Positions 1 through 17,062 of a stretch of DNA of 64,000 nt are shown here, in pieces (the stretch's first letter is position 1; each line of letters opens with the position of its first letter). The translations under genes were made by a program, and so were the position numbers. The stretch is from Paraspadella gotoi (taxonomy: Eukaryota; Animalia; Chaetognatha): the NCBI GenBank assembly GCA_051294375.1, contig CM119263.1, positions 7,550,635 through 7,614,634 of the forward strand, read 5' to 3'. A model generated the notes under the pieces. The model was not told the origin of the DNA. It was given only the letters and a program-made list of their open reading frames with translations, and did not search any database.

Positions 1-165
1 ACTTCTCTCTTCTTCTTTATCCTTTTTTCTCCTTCTCTCTTCTTCTCTCTCCTTCTCCCTCATTCTCTCTTCTTCTCTCTCCTTCTCTCTCCTTTTCTCT
101 TCTTCTCTCTCCTTCTCTCTTTTCTCTTTCCTTCTCTCTCTTTCTTTCTCCTTCTTTTGCTTCCT
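1..165. repeat. Pyrimidine-rich low-complexity tandem repeat (about 10-bp CTTCTCTCTY units)
   Basis: Repeated ccttctctct/tcttctctct units at the window start. Confidence 0.8.
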
Positions 166-1775
166 TGTTTTTGCAATTCTTTCCCTCTCTCGTCCTTTGT
201 TTTTCTTTACTATTACGGTAAAGGTAAGGCCTACTTTCGCCATCCCTTCCTTTCCTTACTCATTATTTATCAAATTTAGCATCGGCTTCTTTCTTTTATC
301 CTTTTCCATGCCTTTGTCTTCTAAGGGAATTGCATTGCACATTGTGAAACATCATCATCCTTTTATTATTCCTTACCTCGTTTCATTTCCCACTATTTTT
401 CCATCTCTTTTTGTACCTTCCTTTTTCTCCTTCTAATCTCCCTTCCTTTATTTTCTTCGTCCTTCCTTTCTTCTTTCCCTTCTTCCTTTACTTTCCTCCG
501 TCGAAACTCAATATTCTTTCCTCCAAACTTTTATTTTGTTGCGATTTTTTTTTCTTTTCTGGAATCCAAGTTCGACCAGCGTCGACCTTCGACGTTCGGA
601 AAGTTCAATCCTTCACGGCGTNNNNNNNNNNNNNNNNNNNNNNNNNNNNNNNNNNNNNNNNNNNNNNNNNNNNNNNNNNNNNNNNNNNNNNNNNNNNNNN
701 NNNNNNNNNNNNNNNNNNNNNNNNNNNNNNNNNNNNNNNNNNNNNNNNNNNNNNNNNNNNNNNNNNNNNNNNNNNNCTCTCTCTCTCTCCTTATTTTCTT
801 CCCGATTGCTTTCCTGTTATTCGACGGCCATCTTTGTTTTTCCTTCCCCTTATATCTTCTTTTCAGAAGCCTCTCTGGAGCGTTGCCTTTTTCCGGCAAA
901 GAGTTATAAAAAATTACTTTTTAAACAAGTTTTAGTTTCTTTGCTATTTTCGTTTAGCTCCTACTTACGTAATAATAATTTGTAAGTTTTCTTCCTCAGT
1001 GTTCGCCTATGATCATTGCTCAATGTTGTTTTTTTTTTATTTTTTTTTTTTTTTTTCATTTTATCTTGTTTTTTCTTGTTTTCTCTCAATTTTCTTTGTT
1101 TCCTCATTTTTTTTTTCATTCCTACCTGAAAATTGTTTTCTTTTTCTTTTGGTTTTTTTTATCCTTTGTTTCGGTTCACGTTTTTATCGATAGCTCGACG
1201 TCATTCTAGGGTCACCCGGTTTCCATACATTACTCGTTTGTTTCTCTTTCTGTTTCGGCGCCGCTTTCCCCCCGCCCACTGGAGCGGACCGCCGCCGTCG
1301 CTGCCGAGCCGCCGCCGAACCGCCACCGCCGCTCGGGTCGCTCAACGTCTATTTTGGTTACAACAAATTCTGCCCTACGCGATCTCAGAGTCGAAATCAG
1401 TTTAAATTCGGTCCGGGTGGGGGAGGTGGGCGGGGAGAGAGGCGGGGGGCGAGGCGGGGGGCGAGGGCAGCGGCGGCGTCGGCGTCGGCACTGTGGCGGC
1501 GCGGCAGCGGCGCCGGCAGCGAAGTAGCGGCCTCTCACTTTTATGGTTTATTTAGGCAAACGAAATGCTGAGAAAATCTTGCGGAGGTTTTGCGAGTTCA
1601 TTGAAGCAAAAGTATCCATACTTTCAATATATTTAACATTTATTTCAACATATTAGCATTTGAGTTGTAGATTTAATTTTTTTTCTTCTCGAAAATGATT
1701 TAGAGGTTTAAGAACACCACAACGAAAACATCCACAAAGACATTAGCTAAACCGACGTTTATGAAGACGAGAACG

Positions 1776-1865
1776 TCGACGACGACGACGACGACTACGA
1801 CGACTACGACGATGAAGGAGACCACGATATCGTTAAAGACGGCAACAACGACGACGACGACGACG

Positions 1866-1929
<64 letters not shown>

Positions 1930-1950
1930 AGACGACGACGACGACGACGA
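1776..1950. repeat. Interrupted (GAC)n microsatellite
   Basis: Long gacgacgac runs that produce the spurious poly-Thr ORF. Confidence 0.9.
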
Positions 1951-4628
1951 AAACAAATGTTCTATCGGCGTCGGAATTTCTCGTTGGGAAAAAAAAATTC
2001 GTCGTCGCTTTGGTCGCCGAGAAAAAAAAAAAGATGGATGCGCGACCCTAAGACCCGGCGCCGCAACCGAGCCGACCGAAAAAACGGTGCCGGCGCCGCA
2101 AAAGGTTCTCGGCGCCTCAATGCCGAAGCCACGCCCATTTTATACAAATCACAGAAACTTGAGGGGAAAAAAAACCACGAGATAAACAGGGAGGCGAGAA
2201 GAAAGGGAATTTTGTTTATTTATTTTGAAAAGTATATATTAAATCAGAAACCTTGACGCGTGCAATAATATGAATTTTCAAACATCTAAAAAGAATTGTT
2301 CATATCAAGAGCCTCACTATGGTCACTATTGGTCATTGGTCAAGCTAAAGATTGACAAATTTGAAAAATTGTCGTATTTTACCAACTTTTTTACCCACTT
2401 TTGGATTAAAACCTTTTTAAAAAATTTCAAAAAGTTATCATATTAATTAGCGTTAGATATACGCAATATTCCTAGTTTAGTTTGATTTTCAGATCCACCT
2501 TCGAAAAACTCTAAATTCCGGGAGTTCGGACCGGACTTGGAATTTGCCGGAGAACATTCGTTTATCAAAAGAGGACAAAGAGAAAAGACAACTGACCGAA
2601 GTGGGATGGCAGATGGCATGAATGCCATTTTGAACAGGGGGAGGGTGGCGAAAAAAGAATAGTCGTCTTTAATAGGGTACAAGTTTTAGGAATGGACCGT
2701 AGCAAGGGATTGATACACTATATAGAGTCTTTTGGATGCTGAAGGACCAATGAACCGAGAAAGATAAAGTATAAAATAAAATATGAAGCGATTCCAAGTT
2801 TGAGGCCAAATAAAATGGTCTGAGCGAGGGAAGGGGCCGAAAGAGTTAAAGGGGACAAAAGTGGGAAGGGGCCAGAGAAGGTAAAAGGCCACCCGATGGA
2901 AAGACCCGTTTGTTTGTTGCCTCGAATCTCCAGACGGAGAGGCCCACCATTCGAAGGATCGTAATTTCCATGAGCAATGGGTCCCGGATTGAGAGAGAGA
3001 GAGAGAGAGAGGAGAGAGGAGAGGAGAGGGAGACAGAAGAAGAGCAGTAGAGAGAGAGAGAGAGAGGAGAGGCTGACTCCGGTCAGGGTTCAACCGCGAG
3101 GTCCTTGGCCGATGGCGGCGGCGGGCGTTTCCGGCGAGGACGGATGGAGTCGAGCGGCGTCCAGGGAGGCGTCCCGGGCCGGGTTGGACCCGATCCCTTC
3201 TCGGCAGGGCGAAGGCGGGTCCGGTGGGGCTGGTTGGGCTGGAGGGGTTGGCGGGTTCAGTGGGGCTTGAGTTAAGGTCGAATGAAAGGTTTTCAAGCTC
3301 GATTCTACTTTATTAAACATACACAATAGGGTGGAGTGATAAAAGATTGAGCGATTGAACATTGTTTTTTTGCTGCCTATGGATATCTATTTAACAAATT
3401 TTAAATCCTTTTAAAAAAATTGTTAGCATAACAGTATAGTAAATTCAATTATTTATGTAGTAATATCCTTATAAAATCGTTAAGTTTCAAAATATTTTTT
3501 TTATTTTTAAGAACAGATTTGGATTTCCCATAAAAAATTAAAAAACTTGTATAAAATATGTTATATGATATTTTAATGTTTGGATCGCAAAAAATGATTA
3601 AAATGTAATAAGTTTCTACTACAGAGAATAAAAAAGTCATGAATTTTTACCTTTTTTCCCGTTTTAAATGCTGAAGATGACAGAATTTTTGATAACATGT
3701 TTTATATTTTTGATTCAACTTTTTATGAAGAATCTGAATCTTTATTAAAAGTTTAATTTTTTTTTTAAATTTACTATTTTATAAAAATATATTATATTTT
3801 ACTATTCTGTTCCCGAGACAATATGAACAAAATATTTTTTGTACTAGTTAATTATACTATCTCTCATCTAAATATCCGTGTTTGATCATTCAAATAATTT
3901 TTTTGTTCTTGAATGCTCCACTATAATACACAAGGTCGTTGAAGAGAAGATTCAATCGAGGATTTCGTTATCAATCGGAGGATTTTTTTCATTACTTTGG
4001 GTCGTTTTAATCTTTATTGAATAATTTTCGAAAAATTTTATCATGAATAGGGGTATTGTTTTAAAGTTGTTTTTTTTTCAATATAGATATAACTTTTTTA
4101 TTCTTAATATAATTTTCTTTAATTAAAAAAAAATTAAAAAATTTAATTTATTTATACCACTTCATTGATAGGGAAGCCAGGTACTCTGGGAGTGAATAAA
4201 CGAGATTGTATGAAAGTCTTGATTAAAAGCTTGCAAGGACCTGCTATGTTATTATCTTGTAAGCGTGATGGAGGCCTTAAACCACCAAAGCCTGTCCAAA
4301 CTCAGAGGCAAGATAGCTAGTTGTACCAATTTCATACATGTGTCATAATTTTTTTTTTATATTTTCATTTATCCAAAGACGCTACATCATTCAAAAAGAT
4401 CTATTTTATCTGAGGAACCATCTGTATCTAATCTAATAAACCATCTCCATGTTTATCGTTCAACGGAACCAACCCCGACGGGACAACGAGGGTGGCGGCG
4501 GCTTGGCCGCGGCTTGGCGGCCGTCCGTGTCGGTCCAAAACTGTCCCCGGCGACCTGGCGATGACTTGGGGCGGGGCGTTGGTATGTTACGTTGCAGGAG
4601 GGGTAGGACTGGGGGGAAGGAGGTGGAT

Positions 4629-4765
<137 letters not shown>

Positions 4766-4936
4766 CGGTCCTCAACCGCGGATCCGCTGATTCGAGATTT
4801 TGAATTTTTTCTGATGACGAAGCGAAAATCGAAGGAAAATCCTTCATGTTCAGAAAATGACGCGACAAGGACTTTTTTTTTCCAGCCTCGGATTCCAGTG
4901 TTGGTTCCACTCTCGGTTCCACCCTACGAATCCCGG

Positions 4937-5105
<169 letters not shown>

Positions 5106-8100
5106 AAATCGTCGTTTAATCCAATGACATCCGGCTTTCTTCGATTCTTTTTGTTTCGTCGTGATTTTTCTGACGAGTTTTTCTGGATTTGTTGATCTCC
5201 GCTATTGCCCTTTGGTAGTGACTGGTGGTTCTTTATTTTAAGGGGAAGGGGGAGTAGGTGGAGAGTTGTCTGCCAGTTAAATTGTGGATTTGGGTGTCGT
5301 TGTTGTCGTTGTTGTCGTTGTTGTCGGAAAGTTTGTTTCAGTCGTTTTTGTATTTTGTTGAGCTTAATTAAATTATTTAGAGAAAAGTGACGATTCGCGT
5401 GTAAATTTGATTTTACAGTATCTGGTGAGCGATTTTGAAACTCATGAATCGAAAGTAATAACAATTTCGGAAAAAGTAAAATATTCAATAAAACCTTAAT
5501 AAAGTCTTCTGGCGGAAACTGTTCTCTTCTCTTTGGCCCCCTCCCTTATTTCTCCTCGAATTCTCCCTGATTTCGCCTTCCTCTATTTCAGAACGTTTTC
5601 TTCCACATTTTTCCCCTACCTTCCTTTCTATTTTCTCCCTCTTTTAACCGTCTGTTCTCCTTCTCTCTCTTTCATCCCCTCATCTCCTCTCTCCCTCCCN
5701 NNNNNNNNNNNNNNNNNNNNNNNNNNNNNNNNNNNNNNNNNNNNNNNNNNNNNNNNNNNNNNNNNNNNNNNNNNNNNNNNNNNNNNNNNNNNNNNNNNNN
5801 NNNNNNNNNNNNNNNNNNNNNNNNNNNNNNNNNNNNNNNNNNNNNNNNNNNNNNNNNNNNNNNNNNNNNNNNNNNNNNNNNNNNNNNNNNNNNNNNNNNN
5901 NNNNNNNNNNNNNNNNNNNNNNNNNNNNNNNNNNNNNNNNNNNNNNNNNNNNNNNNNNNNNNNNNNNNNNNNNNNNNNNNNNNNNNNNNNNNNNNNNNNN
6001 NNNNNNNNNNNNNNNNNNNNNNNNNNNNNNNNNNNNNNNNNNNNNNNNNNNNNNNNNNNNNNNNNNNNNNNNNNNNNNNNNNNNNNNNNNNNNNNNNNNN
6101 NNNNNNNNNNNNNNNNNNNNNNNNNNNNNNNNNNNNNNNNNNNNNNNNNNNNNNNNNNNNNNNNNNNNNNNNNNNNNNNNNNNNNNNNNNNNNNNNNNNN
6201 NNNNNNNNNNNNNNNNNNNNNNNNNNNNNNNNNNNNNNNNNNNNNNNNNNNNNNNNNNNNNNNNNNNNNNNNNNNNNNNNNNNNNNNNNNNNNNNNNNNN
6301 NNNNNNNNNNNNNNNNNNNNNNNNNNNNNNNNNNNNNAAGAGAAATTTTATTCTCGTATTGTGTCTCCGTCTTCCTCTTCAAATCTTCCTCCTTTAAAGT
6401 TCCGGTCTTGATTCCTCCTCCTCTTCTTCCTCTTCCTCCTCTTCTTCCTCAGATCTCAGGGGCACGCGACTCCCCTTCCCTTTTCCCCGCTCAACCCCGA
6501 GGATCGCCGGAAACAAAGTTTTGGAAAAATCCGTTTTCCGGCCGCGAAAATCCGGCACCGACTCCGCCGCCGACGCGAACCACCTTGACGGCCCGACGCC
6601 TCCCTACGATTTTTCCGACTCCTTAGTTGATCCACTGACCCCCCCCCTGTCTCTCTCTCTCGTCAATACCACTTTTATACCTATGCCAACAATTTTAACA
6701 ATTTTAACAATTTTAATAATTTTAAGTTTTTAACCCTCAATGAAATCTACAAAAGTATGACGCGCGACTAAACCAAAACTTGAATCCTTTACTCTCAAAT
6801 CTCCACTATAGTATTACACCGATTCCAGGGAAATTATATTTACGTTCCAACTTCGGGAAGTCCTTCCAATTGATCCATTTTTCCCACTCGCCCAATCCAC
6901 CATTTCTCTACTATCTTCTCGGAGCCTCTCATAAACTTACGACGAGTCCCTTACCTGCCTTCCCGTTCAATAAACTTACCTATCTCCGTCAGATCTCACC
7001 CGCCAATCCTTTTTTTTACGAAATAGATTCTATAGTTTATTTTATTTGATAAGCTTCTCTTCATTTCTTAAATTTAAGACCATCTTTTATTTTTAACCTT
7101 CCAAATCGCGATGGGCAAATTGCTCGTTCCTAATTATCAATATTTATTTATCAATCCATTTTTTTCGAACAGTGTAATTATTTTATACCTGACTGTCGTA
7201 TATGAAACTGTAAGACTCATGAAACCGCAACAAAGAAAATGATGATTCTTTTTTGCAAAGATGGCAGAAGCTTAGAAGAAAAAATGATTGGCAGGTTTCG
7301 GCTTTGTACGCAACCGAACCGTGGTGCTCGTACTTGTAAATCGCTTGTAAATCGCCGATGCTACCCTATGGTAGCGATAAATTAGCTTTTCTAAAGTTTC
7401 ACTCATATTCCACGTATTGTTTTATTATTTTATTAGAACAAGTTGCTAAAAGCGTTTTTAGACAGTTTAATCTTCTGTAAATTACCTATGATTTAAAAAA
7501 CTATACATTAAAAAAAAAAACCAACGTGTGTAAACTCTACAAACTACAAACTACCGCGTTATACCTACATCCGTTTGTAACTTTCCTCCCATAGTTTTGC
7601 CATCGTCGCTCTTGCAGATTTAAAAAAAAAAAAANNNNNNNNNNNNNNNNNNNNNNNNNNNNNNNNNNNNNNNNNNNNNNNNNNNNNNNNNNNNNNNNNN
7701 NNNNNNNNNNNNNNNNNNNNNNNNNNNNNNNNNNNNNNNNNNNNNNNNNNNNNNNNNNNNNNNNNNNNNNNNNNNNNNNNNNNNNNNNNNNNNNNNNNNN
7801 NNNNNNNNNNNNNNNNNNNNNNNNNNNNNNNNNNNNNNNNNNNNNNNNNNNNCCAAAGATTTCGATGGTTTTCAAATCATCCCTTCAAAATGACCTTCCG
7901 ACGACCTTGGAATATTGAACTTCCGATTTTGCAAATCCAGCCAAAGCAGTTGGATGGAATCTCATGGAATCTTTTTTTTNNNNNNNNNNNNNNNNNNNNN
8001 NNNNNNNNNNNNNNNNNNNNNNNNNNNNNNNNNNNNNNNNNNNNNNNNNNNNNNNNNNNNNNNNNNNNNNNNNNNNNNNNNNNNNNNNNNNNNNNNNNNN

Positions 8101-8392
8101 NNNNNNNNNNNNNNNNNNNNNNNNNNNNNNNNNNNNNNNNNNNNNNNNNNNNNNNNNNNNNNNNNGAGAGAGAGAGAGAGAGAGACGGGGTTTTGGACTT
8201 TTTTTTTCTCGGAAGATCATGAACGCTGTCGTAAAAGTCGAAGAGTCGGTTCGGACTCAGTTTATTGAAAAAGGATTGGCATCCGAGGTTCGATTCATCG
8301 CGAAGCAATGGGATCGAAAATAATTTAGATTCAAAAATTATTATTTCCTTCCCTATATTATAAGGCTTAAATTTGACTGTCACGTAGGTTGA

Positions 8393-8462
<70 letters not shown>

Positions 8463-8680
8463 GTGATTTTACGCAGCAAAATAATTTCTGGATGCTGGCG
8501 CTTTGGCAGCTAAAAACGTAATATCGTTAAAAATTTAATGATAGGAAAAAAAACAGTCGTGATTTCTCGGGCAGATAATTATTCGCTAATCAAAACAAAC
8601 TGGAAAAGCATAATTAATTATTCCCGTTCGCTGAGAGGCACGAGGAGTCTAAATTTATTTCCTAAATTCATTTGAATTAC

Positions 8681-8770
<90 letters not shown>

Positions 8771-9576
8771 GGTTTTCATAAATCGGATTACGGGGGTACA
8801 CTTACAGTATTCGTGTTGTTGCGACGGGCAGCGGTTCTTTTTCGTGGAAACAACATTTATTCTCTTTTCGCTTCTCGTCCTTATCGTTTCGTTTCCTATC
8901 AACAACGTCTCTCCTTTCCGCCCCTTTTAATGTATTTTCTTACGAATGTTGTAGTTAAAAAAAACGAAAAACTTTCTTTTAATTTTTGCTACACAATCTA
9001 CGAATTTACTCGACGCCCAATTATCGAACTGTGTTTCGCAACCAACGTTTCGAAATATACATTGACATTCATATCAATTTTGTTTTTTAATGTATCTATA
9101 TATATATATATCTCTCTCTCTCTTCCCCTCCCTAAAATTCCTTCAAAATTTATCCCGTTATTTTTCTTTTTCTCTCTTACTTACCCTCTCTTTCTTCTCT
9201 CTTGTATTCCCTGCGATTATCCTTTCCCGCAGCTGGGCAGTAAAATTTACTTAGCGCGGTCCTGACACTACCCATATTCGACGCTGCCGCTGCTGCAGCC
9301 GCGGACCTTGGCCGCCGCCTTTTTCGGGAATTCAACCCCTTTTGGGCCCCGAGGCATCTCTCAGTTTTTCTTCCTCTTCAAAACTGACCCGTCCAACTGA
9401 AAAAAAAGGGAAAAGAAAAAGAAAGAGAGAAAAATGTTTGCGCCTTTTTTCACAAGATATAACAAAACGAGTAATGGAATTTATTGAAAATTTTCAAACA
9501 GTATTAAGATTATTTACAAGCCCTATTCTATTATATTCATGAGGTTTTTTAAAATTTTTTTAAGTTTTCAAATTTT

Positions 9577-10594
9577 TAGTTGGATCTGCTTATCAGCAGA
9601 TTCCGACTCTATAATTGACTTTGTCGGTCCGTCGGTCCCACCCAGATGATGGGTGGGACCGACGAATGGAATCGTGCAAGTGGAAATGAGTTTAAATAGA
9701 AAAAACATAAGTCACTTTTATTTGAATCTTTTTAATAATTTTAACCCATAATTAATCAAATTATTCATAATTGGATGGATTGAATGGGATGAAATTTTGT
9801 TTGTGGGTAAGAAAGTGTGTGATTGAACAGGATATAAAGTTTTGTTGGAATCGAGGAGTGGAAATGAGTTTGCATGGAAAAAACCAAAGTCAAGTCGACT
9901 TGAATTTTTATTATTTATGCTTACTCATGAATGTTTTAATTAATTATTTAATTAATTAATTATTTATGTTGAAAAATAATATAATTTTAAAAAATGATGC
10001 AAGTTAAAAACATTATGCATATTGAAAAAATGATGCAAATTGAAAGATTGTTGTAAGCTGAAAGAATGATGCAAGTTGAAAGAATGATGCAAGTCGAAAG
10101 AATGATGCAAGTTGAAAAAATGATGCAAGTTGAAAAAATGATGCAAGTTGAAAAAATGATGCAAGTTGAAAAAACTGATACAAGTTGAAAAAATGATGCA
10201 AGTTGAAAAAAAGATTCAAATTAAAAAAATGATGCAAGTTGAAAAAATGATGCAGATTTAAAAAATAATGCGGGTTAAAAAAATTATTTGAATTAAAAAA
10301 ATTATGCAAGTTGAAAAAATGATGCAAGTTAAAAAAATTATGCGAGTTGAAAAAATGATGCAAGTTGAAAAAAATAATACAAGTTGAAAAAATGATGCGA
10401 GTAAAAAAAATTATGCAATTAAAAAAAATAATAATAGTTAAAAAAATTATTTGTACTTTATTTGAAATTATTCTATTATAATATTTATTTATTTATATAT
10501 TTATTTATATATTTATATATTTATTTATTTATTTATTTAGCTAATTACCGCTTAATTATCGTGGGCAGATTCGACATTGTTTGCTCAAACTTGT
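9577..10594 (+). mobile_element. Non-autonomous Helentron/DINE-1-like (HINE) element with an internal minisatellite
   Basis: The 5' end AGTTGGATCTGCT pairs with the nearby AGCAGATTCCGACT and with the 3' subterminal GCAGATTCGAC. A GTCG/GTCC short repeat follows the 5' inverted repeat, a short 3' stem-loop runs into a T tract, and both end regions recur in the copies at about 12.3-12.9 kb and 14.7-15.3 kb. Confidence 0.6.
9989..10425. repeat. 18-bp minisatellite (AAATGATGCAAGTTGAAA)n, about 24 diverged units
   Basis: Direct tandem units, which give the spurious LHHFFN ORFs on the minus strand. Confidence 0.92.
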
Positions 10595-10735
10595 TTTTAG
10601 TTGTCTTAAATCATGGAGGTTAATTTTTCGATGATATTTGAAAGTTTTTCCTAATAAAAGAAATTTTCAAAAAAAAGAAATGCAGGATTTCAGTAACGCA
10701 ATAAGTTTCGCATGGTTGAATAAACACGGTATTTA

Positions 10736-10772
<37 letters not shown>

Positions 10773-11335
10773 ATCTCTCTCACAGTCCGCTCGTTCGCTG
10801 GACGGTTTTAAAACCTGCTCCCTCTCTCTCAATCTCTCTCTCTGTTTTTCTGTCTCACGCAAAAGAAAAAAAATGTTTGCTGCTGCGACTGGTAAAACCG
10901 CTGGCGCAGTCGCTGCTGCCGTGAAAATAAAGGGCCTGGCAATTTTTGCTGGAGCGGTGGTCAAACTCCTCTCAGCGGCTGCTCTTCCCGCTCACGTGGG
11001 AGAGAGAGAGAGAGAGAAGAGAGGAGAGAGAGAGAAGAGAAGAGACGAAGAGAGGATGAGAGAGAGAGAGGAGCAGCAAGAGAGAGGGAGAGAGAGAGAA
11101 GGATTCGAATCCAGGAGACCGGACTTACGGAAGTTGTCCGACTTCCGGAGTTCTTCGTCGTCATCCGACAAAAATCTTATCGCGTCCGTATTTTTTTTTC
11201 GGTTCGATTTTTTTTTTGTTTTTTTTCGCTGACAGGTTTTTATTTTTCGTGGACCCCGCGATTTATCAGTTTTTACCCCTTTGTTTCTTCTCTCTCGATG
11301 TCCCGCCTCTACCGCAATAATAAAATTCTCTCTCT

Positions 11336-11437
<102 letters not shown>

Positions 11438-11778
11438 ATTCCCTTATATTCTTTTCTTTCTTTTTTTTTTTTAGCCATTGTGATTGTCCTTTTTCTATGG
11501 CAAATCGTTTTAAACATAACTTTTTGAAACAAATTCTCAATTTTTCAGCAAAATATCGTCAATTAAAAATATGAATTCGCGTCTTGATTAAAAATTCTTT
11601 TTATTTTTTTTTTTTATGTATGCGATTAAATTCTTTTTCCATTTTCCATCGTCGCTTCCCCTCCTCTTCGACTTTGCATTTTTCTTCTTTTACAATTATA
11701 ACGAAAATGTAAAAAAAGGGGAATTTTGCCCTAAAAGTAAAACGGGTGATTACTTTTTTTGCCGTTCCTCCCTTCTCT

Positions 11779-11842
<64 letters not shown>

Positions 11843-12302
11843 CTCCACGTCTATTCTAGAATTTGATGGCATCTTTTTTTCGAACTTCGCACCCAAAGCG
11901 AATCTCTGAAATCTTTTCGATGGAACTGAAACCTGGATTTTATTTATTGGTCGCCTTGACATTTTCACTGACCCGAAATTTCGTCTGGTCGCCCCGCGAC
12001 TAATGCTCAAATCTTTGCAATACATTCTTTTTTTCTTCTTCAAATTCTCCAACTAATTAAATTTCGTCTATTAAACACCGAACAGACTCGTCAATAAAAT
12101 TTTCGCCATCATTCTTCTCCTCAACATTTAATAAAATCGCGAACAGATGATTTTCTCTTTCTTTCTTTCTTTCTTTTCTTTTCTTTCTTTTTATTTCTTT
12201 TCTTCTTTTATTTCTTTTATTTTTCTTTCTTTCTTTCTTTGCTTTATTGCTTTATTGTCTTTCTTTGCTTTTCTTTCTTTTCCTTCTTCCCAATTAAATA
12301 TT

Positions 12303-12893
12303 TCTCGTCTCCAAAGTCAGCAGATCCCAACTTCATAATTCACTTTGTCTGTCCGTCCGGTCCGCCCCCTCAATATTATCGGGCATTCACTTATATCATG
12401 TCAGAATATCGAATTATGATAAATTATGTAAAAAAAAATTCCCACATTAGCAAAAAAACTCGTTGATTGGATGGATGGATTGGAATGAAATTTGTATGTT
12501 GTTAGTGAAGTGTTGATTAAGCTGGAATGGTTTTGAGTGGAAATGAGTTTAAATGGAAAAAACAAAAAACCTGTTTTACTAATTATTATGCTTCTTTATT
12601 CCTTATATTAAATGTAAATGCAAGATGTATAATTAATCAAATAATTAATCAGTTAATTAATCAATTAGTCAATTAATTAATCAATAATTAATTAATTAGT
12701 CAATTGTTTTATTCTCATCGTCGTCATTGTTTTTGTCGTAGTTAGTGACAAAAAGTCTTAAGAACAAATATTTCGGATCAAATTAATTAATTGAATGCCT
12801 AATTAATTAATTAATTAACTTGAATTATTTAATTCATTAATTAATTATCGATAATGATCGTGGGCAGATCCGACATTGTTGCTCAAATTGTTT
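12303..12893 (+). mobile_element. Second, diverged member of the same HINE-like family
   Basis: Shares TCAGCAGAT..ACT..ATAATT.ACTTTGTC.GTCCGTC, TTGGATGGAT, GAGTGGAAATGAGTTT and the terminal ATCGTGGGCAGAT.CGACATTGTT.GCTCAAA.TTGTTT with 9577-10594. It lacks the 18-bp array. Confidence 0.6.
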
Positions 12894-13608
12894 ATTTTTG
12901 TTTCTTCCTTTTTTTAGGTTTTAAAGAAAGACTGGCCTCGAAATTGACCTGATTTTCGACTGACCATTTCTATTGTTTCTAACTTCAGTTTTTGAGGTTT
13001 CATTTTTTGACCATGAAAAGCATTCTAAGTTTGTGGAACTCTCGAAAAAAGCCCCCAACTATTTTCGTCTTTTTTACGATTTTTTTTGTTTTGTTTTTAA
13101 GCGCTCATCGACACTGTTAAAAATCTTTCCTTTATTACTAATATTAACTATTATTATTTCATTTATTTCTATTGTTTTAAATAAATGGTAAATGACTTGA
13201 AAGATCTGTAGATTAAAATAAAAATATATTTTAGGCTTTTTAAGCTGCAATGAATTATTCGATATACTTTATATACTCATTTACATTTCTTGTATCTTAT
13301 TAAAAAGATGTGTTAAATATTAAAAAATATGTGTATTTCACCGGGGCAAAAAAAAACAGTGTTCAACTACAAAGTGTTTTCTGCGAATTCGCTATTTTCT
13401 CTTTCGCGTCTCAGCACACAAGTGATAAGAGTTCGAGCAAACTCTAATCGAACACGGTCGGATTCATAATGTTTCATCGAGTTCAATTGTGGCTCCAGTC
13501 TTGCGCTTTAGTCTCATTACGCACTTTCCGCCCTCTAACGACGCGTTCGTATCTATCTTTCTCGCCTCCTAATTCTCCTCTCTNNNNNNNNNNNNNNNNN
13601 NNNNNNNN

Positions 13609-15920
<2,312 letters not shown>

Positions 15921-16168
15921 TATCAATTCGTTAAAAAAAATGAACAAGTCGTCGGTTTCGACGTCGCTCGAGTCTTCGACGTCGCTTGGCCGGCGTCAAG
16001 AATCCAAACGAAGACGGCCGGCCGTCAAAAAAAAACGACGACGATGATGACGACGACGATCATCATCGCGACAATGAGAACAATGACTCCGTGTGTCGCT
16101 TGTATAACGGGAGGTGGAGAAGAGAGAGAGAGAGAGAGAGAGAGGAAGAGAGAGAGAGAGAGAGAGAG

Positions 16169-16215
<47 letters not shown>

Positions 16216-16879
16216 GTTGAAAAGGGGTTTTCATAACTCGGGAAGCGTGAAATTTCAATCTTTGAGTGAATTAAAAAAAAGGAAATCACGTGACTTTTAG
16301 CTCATTTCTCATCCGAGAGTAAAAAGAAACCAATTTAAAATTTATCGATTTATAACTAATAACTAATATCATTCCTTAAAATTTTAAATGAAATAAGGTT
16401 TTACAATTTTTAAACAACATAATGTAATGCATTTAAAAAATCATCTGATTCAGAAAGAAAGGGACGATTAAGAAAGGTTGTCTTATTATCATTTGGGTCG
16501 ATAGGAAGAGCGCTGATGGACTGACCGACCAAAAACTAAGAAAAAAAGCTTCTCGTAAGACGACGTTTTTTCTTCACTCTTCCTACGTTGACGCTTGTTC
16601 CTCGATCACGCCCTTCACCTCGGCGATCACGCCACCCTCGCCCCACTTCCTTTTTTTTCGTCTTTGACCACGCCCTCGCTCTTAAAGGGGGTGTGGTGAG
16701 TTTTGTGGTGCTTGAGTCCTGGGGTGCTGGGGTGGGGTCGGACCAGAGAAGAAAGGCTAATAATGAAGTGAAAGGGTTTAAAGGGATGGAAAAGGAAGTG
16801 AGATTAACCAGTGAGGGAAAGAAAGGAGAAAGTTGGTTACGGGAAAGTAAAGAAGAGAAAATAGTGGAGGAGGGGGAGC

Positions 16880-16917
<38 letters not shown>

Positions 16918-16980
16918 CACAAGAGAAGGGAGTCCGAGTCTTCCGGTTGCGTTATTCTCAACGCCTTGGAGAGAAAAGAG

Positions 16981-17012
<32 letters not shown>

Positions 17013-17024
17013 ACAGGGGAAAGG

Positions 17025-17062
<38 letters not shown>

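Noticed and set aside
4168-4320. About 50-codon open frame after a possible acceptor (GKPGTLGVNKRDCMK...)
   Set aside because: No partner exons or recognisable homology.
9964-10363. His/Phe/Asn-repeat ORFs (LHHFFN)n
   Set aside because: These are translations of the 18-bp minisatellite inside a repeat element.
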